NCBI GenBank assembly: GCA_041605955.1
Contig: JBFIXI010000007.1
Coordinates: 34,807 to 98,806, forward strand
From: Acidimicrobiia bacterium
Lineage (GTDB): Bacteria > Actinomycetota > Acidimicrobiia > Spongiisociales > UBA5794
Reading direction: 5' to 3'
Length of the DNA stretch: 64,000 bases
The position numbers and the translations under genes are program-made. Position 1 is the stretch's first letter, and each line of letters begins with the position of its first letter. The notes under the pieces were generated by a model. That model ran no database searches. It saw only the letters and a list, made by a program, of their open reading frames with translations, and was not told the DNA's origin. Of the stretch, positions 17,054-26,196 are shown piece after piece.

Positions 17054-19957
17054 GTGCCTCCACCTTCCCAGATCATGAGGTACTTCGCAGAGCTGGCCCC
17101 GGTGGGGCGTGGTCCGCGATGGAATCACCGGCCCGCCGAGGGCGATTTCGTGCCGGTAGCGCCCCCCTGGAACGTGATTGCCAAAGACTCCGGGATGCTC
17201 GTGATCGAGAGTCATACTCCGGAGCTACGGCGCCTATGGACCGCCGCCCGGTTGGCGGGGTCACGCGAATTCCTCCGGCTCGGCTGGCTGTTCTTACGCG
17301 GAACGTGCGTAGTCAACGAGCGACCCACTCGAGTGTTCCTTCCGGTGGCGTCGGCGACGGTGCGCCTGCGGCGGCCGTTCCAAGCCGCCGATCGCCAGCG
17401 GTACACCATCGTCGGCGAGGCCGAGTTGAGCGTTCCGGAGTCGGTCTTCGCCGACCATCGAGTCCGGCAGCACCTGAACGATCGGCTCGAACATGTCGTC
17501 CGAGATGCCTTTCTCCGCGCCGATCCCGACGAGATCTGGGCGGGGGTCGAGCCGTTTCTAGCCGAGTTCTGTGATGCCGCTGGATTGCCGCAGGTGGGCG
17601 CGCTCTCGACCATGGCGGTGGATGAGCCGCTGCCAGAAGGGGAGCTGGCGCTTCTCCCGGGATTGGCGGTCTACACCGGGCGCGATCTGAGCGTGATCAA
17701 TCTCGAGTCGACGTTGCGGGAGTGGGCCGACCACCGGCTGGCCACTACTGCGTTGGCCCGGTTGTACTCCGCGGCGCCGCTCGAGCCGCTGCCCGATCTC
17801 GATCACGCAGTCGCCAACTCGCTTCCTCTCAATCGCACTCAGGAAGAGGCGATTCTGGCGGCGCGTCACCTGCCGGTCACGGTGATCTCGGGTCCGCCGG
17901 GCACCGGCAAGTCGCACACAGCCGCTGCGTTGGCGATCGATCAGGTCGCCCACGGCAAATCGGTGCTGATCGCAGCCGAGTCCAATGACGCCATCGACGC
18001 CATCGAAGCGCTGCTCGATCGGTTCACCAGTCCCCGCCATGTCAGATTCGGCTCGCCGGCTTCTCGCAAGCGGATCGCCGTCGAACTGGCCGATGGACTG
18101 GCGGCGTCGACGCAGCGCACTGCTGCGCCCGGCGGCTCGTTGGAGGTTCTCGAGCAGGACCTGGAAAGGATCGAGGCTGCCGTGCGAGGCCGTCTAGAGC
18201 TGGAGAGAGACCTGACGGCGGCGCTCACGGTGCGCCGGAAGGACGCCTGGTGCTTGGGAGCGGCTCCCGGCCTGGCCCGGGTGCTGGCGTCGGAGCGCAC
18301 TGCATCGCAGGTCGAGTCATTGATGGGGCGCTGGGGCCGCCGCGCTCTCTTCGCTGCGCCGTGGCGCGCCTACGCCCAGCGACAGTTGTGCCAACTGCTC
18401 GAGATCGCACCCGGGCAGCTCGATGAGCTCGTCGATCCAATCCGCCGGCTCGTCAACGCCGAGCGCGCCGTGCGCCGCGCTCAGGCGGTCGCGTCGCAGA
18501 GCATCACTGCGGCGTTCCACCAGCTCGAGGAAAAGGCACAAGAGGTGCGCACCCTGTTCGGCCGTCGCCTCGAGATAATGCGCACTCGCCGGTCGTGGGA
18601 TCCGGGCGCTACCCGGGCAGTGGGGATGCTGGCGACGGCGCTGCGCTCGGGCCGGGCCGCCCGCCGTCAGGCGCTCCGGACTATCGACGTCGCCGCTGCC
18701 CTCAACGCGCTGCCTTTGTGGTTGGGCACGATCTCCGACATCGACGACGTGCTGCCGATCCGGCCGGGTATGTTCGATGTGGTAATCATCGACGAAGCGT
18801 CGCAAGTCAACCAGGTGCGGGCCGCCACGTCGTTGGCACGGGGAGATCGGGTGGTGGTGATCGGCGATCCCCGTCAGCTACGCCATGTGTCCTTCGTCGG
18901 CGATGATGCAATGCGGGCTGCCGCGCTCGAGACCGATCTCGAACCGTCGATGCCGCTGCTCGATATAAGACGCAACAGCTTGTTCGACGTTGCGGCCAGC
19001 CGATCTCCCGTCATCCAGCTCACCGAGCACTACCGGTCGACACCTCACCTGATCGGCTTCTCGAATCGAGAGTTTTACCAGGGCCGGATCCAACTCATGA
19101 CCGCGCACCCCTCGACTGCAACGGATGACCCGATTGACATCGAAGTGGTGGCGGGCTCGCGAGATTCGTCTGGTGTGGTGCCGGCCGAGATCGAGCGCGC
19201 CCTCGAGCTGGTGGGCTGCGCCGGTGGGGCCGGCGCATCGTCGGTCGGAGTGATCAGCCCATTCCGCACCCAGGCCGATGCTCTGGCGAAAGCTGCCCAA
19301 GAAGCATTCTCCGCCGATGAGATCGAGCAGCTCGACCTGCGGGTCGGGACCGTTCACACCTTTCAAGGAAACGAGCGGGATCTAGTGATCGTGTCTCTCG
19401 GGATCGATCCGGCCAACCTGCGGCCGCTGCGTTTCGTCGAGGATCCCAACCTCTTCAACGTGATGATCACTCGCGCCCGCAACCGGCTCACGATGCTCAC
19501 GTCGCTGCGCCCGGATGAGCTTCCCCACGGCCTGCTGGCTGCCTTCTTGGAGCACGCGTCCCGCCCTCCTGCTGATCCCAAGCTGGCGCCCGGGCCGATG
19601 GGAGGTTGGACTGCGGCGGTAGCCGAGGCGTTGCGTCCCTTCGGGCTGAAGACGTGGCACAACTATCCGGTCGGGTCGTATCACATCGACATCGTGGTGG
19701 GGGAGGGCGATGCCGCCCTGGGGGTGGAGTGTGAGATCCATCATGACGGCGTCGATGCTCACATCGCTCGTCACGTTGCACTGCGCCGGGCCGGATGGGA
19801 GCTCATGACTGCCATGGAATCGCGCTGGTTGGCTCAACCCGAAGAGGCCGCCCAGGCGATTGCGCAGCGGGCAGTCCTGCGCAGCTCACAATCGGCGACG
19901 AACGATCAGCCCGCCGCACCCTTGGTGATGCGTCCGAACGACGCCGGCGGCCAGTAG
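17054..19957 (+). CDS. SF1 (Upf1/DNA2-like, AAA_11/AAA_12) helicase fused to a C-terminal PD-(D/E)xK / Vsr-like nuclease domain
   Basis: Walker A GPPGTGKSH, motif II VIIDEASQ, TVHTFQGNERD and NVMITRAR. C-terminal YHIDIVVGE...LGVECEIHHDG. A TAGATT-N6-GTG arrangement supports the start at 17054. Confidence 0.8.
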   Translation: MPPPSQIMRYFAELAPVGRGPRWNHRPAEGDFVPVAPPWNVIAKDSGMLVIESHTPELRRLWTAARLAGSREFLRLGWLFLRGTCVVNERPTRVFLPVASATVRLRRPFQAADRQRYTIVGEAELSVPESVFADHRVRQHLNDRLEHVVRDAFLRADPDEIWAGVEPFLAEFCDAAGLPQVGALSTMAVDEPLPEGELALLPGLAVYTGRDLSVINLESTLREWADHRLATTALARLYSAAPLEPLPDLDHAVANSLPLNRTQEEAILAARHLPVTVISGPPGTGKSHTAAALAIDQVAHGKSVLIAAESNDAIDAIEALLDRFTSPRHVRFGSPASRKRIAVELADGLAASTQRTAAPGGSLEVLEQDLERIEAAVRGRLELERDLTAALTVRRKDAWCLGAAPGLARVLASERTASQVESLMGRWGRRALFAAPWRAYAQRQLCQLLEIAPGQLDELVDPIRRLVNAERAVRRAQAVASQSITAAFHQLEEKAQEVRTLFGRRLEIMRTRRSWDPGATRAVGMLATALRSGRAARRQALRTIDVAAALNALPLWLGTISDIDDVLPIRPGMFDVVIIDEASQVNQVRAATSLARGDRVVVIGDPRQLRHVSFVGDDAMRAAALETDLEPSMPLLDIRRNSLFDVAASRSPVIQLTEHYRSTPHLIGFSNREFYQGRIQLMTAHPSTATDDPIDIEVVAGSRDSSGVVPAEIERALELVGCAGGAGASSVGVISPFRTQADALAKAAQEAFSADEIEQLDLRVGTVHTFQGNERDLVIVSLGIDPANLRPLRFVEDPNLFNVMITRARNRLTMLTSLRPDELPHGLLAAFLEHASRPPADPKLAPGPMGGWTAAVAEALRPFGLKTWHNYPVGSYHIDIVVGEGDAALGVECEIHHDGVDAHIARHVALRRAGWELMTAMESRWLAQPEEAAQAIAQRAVLRSSQSATNDQPAAPLVMRPNDAGGQ

Positions 19958-20421
19958 ATCCCGAACACTCTGAGCATGCCGATCGTGCTCACCGGGCCGG
20001 AGGCCCGGCTGTCACCACTTGACGTGACCCGATTGTCGCCAAGCGTGAACACGGTACCGGGGGGATTGGTCCACACCCCGTCGGGAACGGTCGGTCCCCT
20101 CCTCCACGGCTCGCTCAGTTGCCTGCCGTCGATGGCGACTCTCCCTCGGGAGATGGACACCGTCTCGCCGGGTAGGCCGATCACCCGCTTGATCAGGTCG
20201 CGGCCCGTGTCGGCCGGATCGTTGTAGATGACGATGTCTCCCCTCGCCAACTCCGCGGCCGGAGTTGCGATCACGTAGTCACCCGCCCGCAGCGTCGGCT
20301 GCATCGAGGACTCGGCAACAGCGAAGCGAGCGAGCTTGCTCCGCATAACCATCGCGCCGATTCCGATCGCGGTGGCGCTCACGATGAGCTTGCCGATCCT
20401 CTTGCCTGCGCGCCACGCCAT
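19906..20421 (-). CDS. sodX: Ni-superoxide dismutase maturation protease (S26 signal-peptidase-like)
   Basis: SSMQPTL (catalytic Ser box) and LIKRVIGLPGE (Lys box). Divergent from sodN. The start is set at ATG 20421, because the upstream 155 codons of the track ORF run antisense through sodN. Confidence 0.8.
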   Translation of the reverse strand: MAWRAGKRIGKLIVSATAIGIGAMVMRSKLARFAVAESSMQPTLRAGDYVIATPAAELARGDIVIYNDPADTGRDLIKRVIGLPGETVSISRGRVAIDGRQLSEPWRRGPTVPDGVWTNPPGTVFTLGDNRVTSSGDSRASGPVSTIGMLRVFGIYWPPASFGRITKGAAG

Positions 20422-20449
20422 CCGCTGATGATGCCAGGTCAGGCCGGCG

Positions 20450-20462
20450 GTGACGTCGTCAC
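20450..20462. promoter_or_regulatory. Perfect 13-bp palindrome GTGACGtCGTCAC in sodX/sodN divergent spacer (candidate operator)
   Basis: Read directly from the sequence. Lies about 40 nt upstream of the candidate sodN -10 box and 29 nt from the sodX start. Confidence 0.35.
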
Positions 20463-20502
20463 ACTCGCCCGACCCAACTATGTTGCCGTCCGGCGCGGCG
20501 TG

Positions 20503-20508
20503 TAGATT
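20503..20508 (+). promoter_or_regulatory. Candidate sodN -10 box TAGATT (leadered; GGAGG at 20533-20537)
   Basis: TAnnnT hexamer 33 nt upstream of ATG 20542 in the sodX-sodN divergent spacer. Confidence 0.3.
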
Positions 20509-20541
20509 CGCGCTGCGAAACCGAGTTAGGTGGAGGTGCCT

Positions 20542-20958
20542 ATGGGTCTGTTCAAGCCGAGCCGTGTCGCTCACGCGCATTGCGACCTCTTCTGCGGGGT
20601 CTACGACCCTGCTCAGGCGATGATCGAGGCCAAGTCGGTCCTGAATTGCTGCACCAAGTACCACGCTTCGGACGATCCTGTCTTCCGGGACCGATGCATC
20701 CTGGTGAAGGAAGAGCGTGCCGAGCTGGTGAAGCATCATCTGTCGGTGCTGTGGACCGACTTTTTCAAGCCGCCCCATCTCGAGCAGTTCCCTCAGCTCC
20801 ATGAGCTTTTCTGGAACGCCATCAAGCAGGCGGGCGAAGCCAAGAAGTCGATGGATCCTGCGGTGAGTGAGAAGCTCATCGAGCACATCCAGGAGATCTC
20901 GGACATCTTCTGGCAGACCGAGGCGTCTGCGACCGCAGGGGTCTATCCCCCCAAGTGA
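20542..20958 (+). CDS. sodN: Nickel-containing superoxide dismutase precursor
   Basis: Propeptide MGLFKPSRVAHA followed by the Ni-hook HCDLFCGVYDP and a four-helix-bundle body. GGAGG lies 4 nt before ATG 20542. Confidence 0.9.
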   Translation: MGLFKPSRVAHAHCDLFCGVYDPAQAMIEAKSVLNCCTKYHASDDPVFRDRCILVKEERAELVKHHLSVLWTDFFKPPHLEQFPQLHELFWNAIKQAGEAKKSMDPAVSEKLIEHIQEISDIFWQTEASATAGVYPPK

Positions 20959-20985
20959 GGGCGGAGCGCAACCCGGAAACGGCGA

Positions 20986-22536
20986 TCAGCGGCTGAGGCG
21001 AGCCGTTAGCCCGTAGAGGCCGATGGCGACCGCGCCGGCGGTGACGGCATACACCGCGGCTGCGGCCGTCAACGTGACGGCTGAGGCGACGAAGCTCGTA
21101 CCGAGGAGCCGATCCAATAGCTGAGCCGCGACCCAGGCGGCCGCGCCGCCGATGACCGCCAGCGGAACGGCCCGCAATGCTGAGTCGAGCACGCCGCGGA
21201 GCCGATTGCGGTGCTCCGGATCTCGATACCAGAGGACGCCGAGCGTGATGGTGTAGCCGCCCAGCGTCACCACGCTGGCGGTGGCGACTCCCTCGAGCCC
21301 GAAGCTGCGCTGGAACAGCCAGTAGATCGGCAACGCAGCCAGGGTGGCAACAGAGCCGACGATGACCGGCGTCCACATCTGAGTTCGTGCGTAGAACGCC
21401 CGGGTGAGAACCTGAAGAGCACCCCAAATGGGGATCGCAAACGCATAGAAGAAGAGTGCACTGGCGGCGGCGACCGTGTCGTCGGGGTTGAAAGCGCGTC
21501 GTTCGAACAAGGTGCGGATCGTGGGCACGGTCAGAGAGGCGATGGCGCCCGCCGCCAGAATTGACAACGCCAGCACCCAACGCATCGTCTTGTCGACGGT
21601 GTCTGCCATCAGACGCTGCTTGCCCTCGGCGAACAGCCGGGCGAGAAACGGATACGCCGCCACCCCGGCGGCTTGGGCGACCACGCCGATTGGGACGAAC
21701 ATGGTCCGTCTGGCGTACAAGAGGTGCGTCTGGGCTCCATCGCCGGCCAATCCACCGAACGTCGACATGAACGTCTCATCGAGGACGACGATCGACTGGC
21801 CGATCATCAGCGGCAGCGCAATGGCCACGTAGCGGCCCAGCGCCGGGTGGCGCCATGACACTCCAACCGGCAGCTTCATACCGACTCGGCGGGCTCCCCA
21901 CCACTGCAGTAGGAAGTTGCCGACAAATGCGCCGGCGAGGGCACCCCAGATGAAACCTTCCGGATCTGGAGTCCCCCGGATCGCGGCGTAGGCAACTCCG
22001 CCGCTGATTATCCCCAGGTTGTAGACGATGGGGGCGACGGTCGGGATCGTGAACACGCCTTTGGCGTACTGCACCGCCGCAAAGAGCGCCCCGATTATGA
22101 AGAAGATCTGCGCCGGCAACACGATCCGGGTGAGGCGCACCGTGGCGGTGACTTGGGCGGCCGTGAACTCGGGATATATGGCGCCGATCACTGCGGGGGC
22201 GATCATCCATCCCAGCGCCACCAGGACCACGATGCCGAGCGCCACAGGCCGCACGACGGCCGCCAAGGCGTTCCAGGCTCCGTCCTCGTCATCGGCCGCC
22301 AGATATTTCGAGAAGATCGGAATGAACGTGATGGAGAGGAATCCGCCGGCCAGCAGGTAGTTGAGGAAGTCGGGAATCCGAAAAGCAGCAACGTACTGGT
22401 CGGTTATCCCGTCGGCACCCAGCAAGGCGGCGAAGACGATCTCGCGCAGCTGGCCCAGCAGCCGTGAAACGAGAACACCGCCGGAGACAATGAGGGCGGC
22501 CGCACCGAGCCTGCGGTCGAGAGACGATTGGGTCAC
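20986..22536 (-). CDS. murJ: Lipid II flippase MurJ
   Basis: 516 aa, polytopic. The N-terminus ...SRLLGQLREIVFAALLGADGITDQYVAAFRIPDFLNYLLAGG is typical of MurJ/MviN. GTG start. Confidence 0.85.
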   Translation of the reverse strand: MTQSSLDRRLGAAALIVSGGVLVSRLLGQLREIVFAALLGADGITDQYVAAFRIPDFLNYLLAGGFLSITFIPIFSKYLAADDEDGAWNALAAVVRPVALGIVVLVALGWMIAPAVIGAIYPEFTAAQVTATVRLTRIVLPAQIFFIIGALFAAVQYAKGVFTIPTVAPIVYNLGIISGGVAYAAIRGTPDPEGFIWGALAGAFVGNFLLQWWGARRVGMKLPVGVSWRHPALGRYVAIALPLMIGQSIVVLDETFMSTFGGLAGDGAQTHLLYARRTMFVPIGVVAQAAGVAAYPFLARLFAEGKQRLMADTVDKTMRWVLALSILAAGAIASLTVPTIRTLFERRAFNPDDTVAAASALFFYAFAIPIWGALQVLTRAFYARTQMWTPVIVGSVATLAALPIYWLFQRSFGLEGVATASVVTLGGYTITLGVLWYRDPEHRNRLRGVLDSALRAVPLAVIGGAAAWVAAQLLDRLLGTSFVASAVTLTAAAAVYAVTAGAVAIGLYGLTARLSR

Positions 22537-22611
22537 GTTGTCCGACTCACCACCGACTGCAAGGTAGCCAGGCGCGCCGTCGATACGCAGGCAATCCCGG
22601 GCAGCGGGGAC

Positions 22612-23364
22612 TCATGTCAAGTCGCGGGTGCGCAGCAGCCAGCCGGTGAACAGGATCGAGATGGCAACCAGGGCCACGACCTTGGCGACCGCCCCGCCGG
22701 CGCCTGCCGTCAGCGATCCCAGCGCAGCATCCAGCAGATCGGCATTCAATCCGGACGGTGCCACCCCGGCAAAGCCGGATGCGGCGATCCTCCACAGCGA
22801 AGTACCGCTCAAACCCACGATGATTCCGGCAACGGCTGCCTCCCACACGAATATGTAGATGAAGCCGATGAGAGTCGACCGCTCGGTCAGATATCCCACA
22901 GGCATGAACACTGCGGCATATCCGATGGTGGCTATCGACGTCCCGGCGAGCAACGCCGTCAAGTAACCGAAGTCGCCAAGCGCGAGTGAGCCGAGCGTTC
23001 CTAGTACCAGGGCTCCTACGCCGTTGATGGCAAATGAGGCGACGACGGCGGCCCCCAGTTTGGCCGCGGCGATGGCGAACCGACTCATTGGGCGCAGCAT
23101 GAGGAACGACATCGTGGAGCCGCGGCGCTCGGAACCCAGCACGGCAGCCGAGACGACAATCGAGATGATCGGCACTACCACAGGCAGGAACACTGCCAAC
23201 GACATACCAGTGAAGTTCTCCGCCTTGCCGAAGTCGGTTGCCTGGCGCGACACCAAGAAGAAGATGGCGCCCGGGAACACGGCCAGCAGGCCGAAGCCGA
23301 TCAGCCGACGCAGCCCCAGCACGTTGCGTGCCGTGACCTGCGCAATGGCAAGCGTCGCCGTCAT
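22612..23364 (-). CDS. ABC-2 type transporter permease
   Basis: 250-aa six-TM protein. Overlaps the upstream ATPase gene by 4 nt. Confidence 0.7.
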   Translation of the reverse strand: MTATLAIAQVTARNVLGLRRLIGFGLLAVFPGAIFFLVSRQATDFGKAENFTGMSLAVFLPVVVPIISIVVSAAVLGSERRGSTMSFLMLRPMSRFAIAAAKLGAAVVASFAINGVGALVLGTLGSLALGDFGYLTALLAGTSIATIGYAAVFMPVGYLTERSTLIGFIYIFVWEAAVAGIIVGLSGTSLWRIAASGFAGVAPSGLNADLLDAALGSLTAGAGGAVAKVVALVAISILFTGWLLRTRDLT

Positions 23365-24359
23365 CGGCCACCAACCAAATAGCGGAAGACCGACTCGAGC
23401 GACTCGTCATCAGGGCTGAACCCGGTGACGCGAATCCCCAGCGCTCTTGCCAGCTGTGGCACGGCCGTGCCCAGGGCGCGCAAGTCGTTGGTTTGGATCG
23501 ACATCGACGCTCCATCGATCGTCACGCCGTCGACCGCCTCGTGTCCGATGAGCTCCTGGGCGAGCGGGCGGGCCGGATCGGCCCAGATGGTCACCCGGTA
23601 GGGGATGTCCGACATGGCGCCCCGGATGGCATGGATGTCGCCGGCTGCAGCCAACCTGCCGTCGACCATGGCCACGATGCGGCTCGCCATGCGCTCCACC
23701 TCCTGAAGCACGTGTGAGGACACGATCACCGTGTGGCCGGATTCGGCCAGTCGCTTGAAAGCGGCGATCAAATGGGCCCGCTGCACCGGATCGGTGCCGT
23801 TGAGCGGCTCGTCGAGGATGAGCACGGAGGGTTCGTGAACGAGCGCGGCGGCGACCTTCGCCCGCTGCCGCATGCCCTTGCTGTACCCGGCGAGCGGGCG
23901 GTCGGCATCGTCTTCGAGAGAGACTTCGGTGAGAGCGCGGGCCGCGGCGAGGCGAGGCCGCCGGTAGCCGGACAGCTTGGCGGCGTACTCGACGTACTGG
24001 CGTCCCGACATGGAGGGATATATCGAGCTCTCCTCCGGAACCAGGCCGACCTGCCGGTATACCTCATGGCTGCGGCGCGGGTCCTGGCCGAGCACGGTGA
24101 TCTTGCCCTCCGAAGGCACCAGCAAGCCGGCCAGCATGCGTAGCAACGTCGTCTTGCCTGCGCCGTTCGGACCCAGCAAGCCCGTGATGCCGGGGCCGAA
24201 GGACACGCTCACCGAGGAGACCGCCACTTTCTGGCCGAAGAACTTGGACACTGCATCGGCTGCGATCGTCGGGTTCGTCGCGTAGGCCGGATTCGGTGTC
24301 GGAGGAGGGATTGCCTCCACCGCCACTTGGGCGGGTGGGGGAGGGGGAGCTGCGGTCAT
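23361..24359 (-). CDS. ABC transporter ATP-binding protein (Pro-rich N-terminal tail)
   Basis: Walker A GPNGAGKTTLL, signature YSKGMRQR and Walker B LILDEP. The start is set at ATG 24359 (MTAAPPPPPAQ...), because the longer track ORF overlaps the upstream permease out of frame. Confidence 0.85.
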   Translation of the reverse strand: MTAAPPPPPAQVAVEAIPPPTPNPAYATNPTIAADAVSKFFGQKVAVSSVSVSFGPGITGLLGPNGAGKTTLLRMLAGLLVPSEGKITVLGQDPRRSHEVYRQVGLVPEESSIYPSMSGRQYVEYAAKLSGYRRPRLAAARALTEVSLEDDADRPLAGYSKGMRQRAKVAAALVHEPSVLILDEPLNGTDPVQRAHLIAAFKRLAESGHTVIVSSHVLQEVERMASRIVAMVDGRLAAAGDIHAIRGAMSDIPYRVTIWADPARPLAQELIGHEAVDGVTIDGASMSIQTNDLRALGTAVPQLARALGIRVTGFSPDDESLESVFRYLVGGR

Positions 24360-25285
24360 AGCAAGCTCCGGTACTTGCGGAGCCCGACGAACCACGAGAC
24401 GAGGCCGAGGCCGACGATCACCCCAACGCTCCACAGTGGGCCGAAGCCAGCGCTGGTGATGCCCTCGCGGAAGGTAGAGCGGTCGAATATCCAGTCCATC
24501 ACGATGTCTGGGTTGATGGACAGCGCGGCCAAAGCGGCGTAGCGCCCCACTCCCGACGTTGCTTCGGAGATAGCCACTGCGAATGCCGTTGACAGCAACA
24601 TCACCGCGAGGTACACCCCCCAAGCCGGTCCGAGCCGCTTGGCGAACATGCCCACCAGGAAAGCGGGCGCCCCGTAGGCGAGCAGGTAGAAGAGGGAGGC
24701 GAAGAGGATCTTGGGAACGTCGCCGATGTTGCTGACGAGGCCGGAGAACCAGCCGTCGTCGTCCAGTGTGGCCAGGCCCACGTACATCACCAGCTGCGGG
24801 ACCACCAAGAAGCCTCCGGCGGCAATCGCCAGCGCCGTGGCGCGCGCCCCGATGTAATCGGTGATTCGCATCGGGCGCGAGGCGTAGACCGATAGCACCC
24901 CTTCCACACGATCCGGTATGAGCAGCTCTGGTCCGGCAAGAGCCGTGAAGATGAGAAACACGCTGGAGGTCAAGGTGAAGAGCTGGGGATGCCCGGCAAA
25001 CGGGTTGTCGTTGCCCACCTGGGCATCCAACAGCACGTCGGTGAAGAACGACAAGCCCACCACAGCGATCACCGGGAGCATTGCGATAGCGAACAACAAC
25101 CACGGCATGAGCTTCTTGCGCGCCTTCCGCCGGATCCCGAGGATGCGGCGCACGCCGTCGCGGACCGTTGCCAGGAAGGCGCCACGTCGGCCGAGCCGTG
25201 GCCCGTCATGCGGCTGGTAGCCCAGATCAAATACGGCGCCCTGCTCCGTTCCGGTGCCGTTCGTCGCTGGGGTGCCGGTCGTCAT
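24356..25285 (-). CDS. ABC-2 type transporter permease
   Basis: 309 aa. A cytoplasmic N-terminus (VFDLGYQPHDGPRLGRRGAF) is followed by six hydrophobic helices. There are 4-nt overlaps on both sides. Confidence 0.7.
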   Translation of the reverse strand: MTTGTPATNGTGTEQGAVFDLGYQPHDGPRLGRRGAFLATVRDGVRRILGIRRKARKKLMPWLLFAIAMLPVIAVVGLSFFTDVLLDAQVGNDNPFAGHPQLFTLTSSVFLIFTALAGPELLIPDRVEGVLSVYASRPMRITDYIGARATALAIAAGGFLVVPQLVMYVGLATLDDDGWFSGLVSNIGDVPKILFASLFYLLAYGAPAFLVGMFAKRLGPAWGVYLAVMLLSTAFAVAISEATSGVGRYAALAALSINPDIVMDWIFDRSTFREGITSAGFGPLWSVGVIVGLGLVSWFVGLRKYRSLL

Positions 25286-26196
25286 CGGCTGCCATCCTCC
25301 AGGAATATGTCCTCGAGAGTCCGGGCCGACTGCGACAACCGACGCATCCCGGTGCCGGTCTCGGCGAGCACGTCTCGGATCAGGTCGAAGGCGTCGTCAT
25401 CGGCCCGGATCCGCAGCAACTTGCCGCGCAGCTCGACCTCGGCCCCCTTGGCCCGGAGCGCAGCGACGACCCGATCGGCGCCGTCGATCAGCTCCACGTC
25501 CACGCTGTCGCTGCCCGTGATGCCGGTGAGCGGCCCGGTGCGCAAGACCCGCCCCCCGTCGAGCATGATCACCCAGTCGCAGGTGGCTTCGATATCGGTC
25601 AAGACGTGAGATGACACCAGCACGTTGATGCCGAAGCCTCCGAGCCGGCCGATGAGGGCGAGCATCTCCTCGCGACCTTCCGGATCGAGGCCCGCGGTCG
25701 GCTCATCCAGGAACACCAGCTGAGGATCGTGCACGATCGCTTGGGCGAGCATGGCGCGTTGCTTCATCCCAGTCGAGAACTCGCCGAGATAACGAAATCT
25801 CTCTTCGTGTAGCCCCACCAGAGTGAGCACATCCGACGCCCGTTGCCGGGCCGCTCGGGTGGGAATTCCCGCCAGCTCGGCCGCGTAGACAGTGAAGTCG
25901 GCCGCGGTTTGCGCCAGCGGCAAGCAGGATTCTTCGGGCATGTAGCCGACGTGGGCGCGGACTCCGATGGGATCGGCGGCGACGTCTATGCCGAGCACGC
26001 GAGCCTCCCCTTCGGTGGGGTCGAGAATGCCAAGCAGCACCTTGATCAAAGTGCTCTTGCCGGCGCCATTGGCCCCGACCAGGCCGATGCGGCCCGGAGG
26101 CACGGTGAAGTCGAGATGGTGAAGAGCAACAATCTCGCCGTAAGCGTGACCGAGCTGGCGGGTCGCTATGAGCGGGGCCTCGGCCGCCGAGGTCAT
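25282..26196 (-). CDS. ABC transporter ATP-binding protein
   Basis: Walker A GANGAGKSTLI, signature FSTGMKQR and Walker B VFLDEPTAGLD. Confidence 0.85.
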   Translation of the reverse strand: MTSAAEAPLIATRQLGHAYGEIVALHHLDFTVPPGRIGLVGANGAGKSTLIKVLLGILDPTEGEARVLGIDVAADPIGVRAHVGYMPEESCLPLAQTAADFTVYAAELAGIPTRAARQRASDVLTLVGLHEERFRYLGEFSTGMKQRAMLAQAIVHDPQLVFLDEPTAGLDPEGREEMLALIGRLGGFGINVLVSSHVLTDIEATCDWVIMLDGGRVLRTGPLTGITGSDSVDVELIDGADRVVAALRAKGAEVELRGKLLRIRADDDAFDLIRDVLAETGTGMRRLSQSARTLEDIFLEDGSR

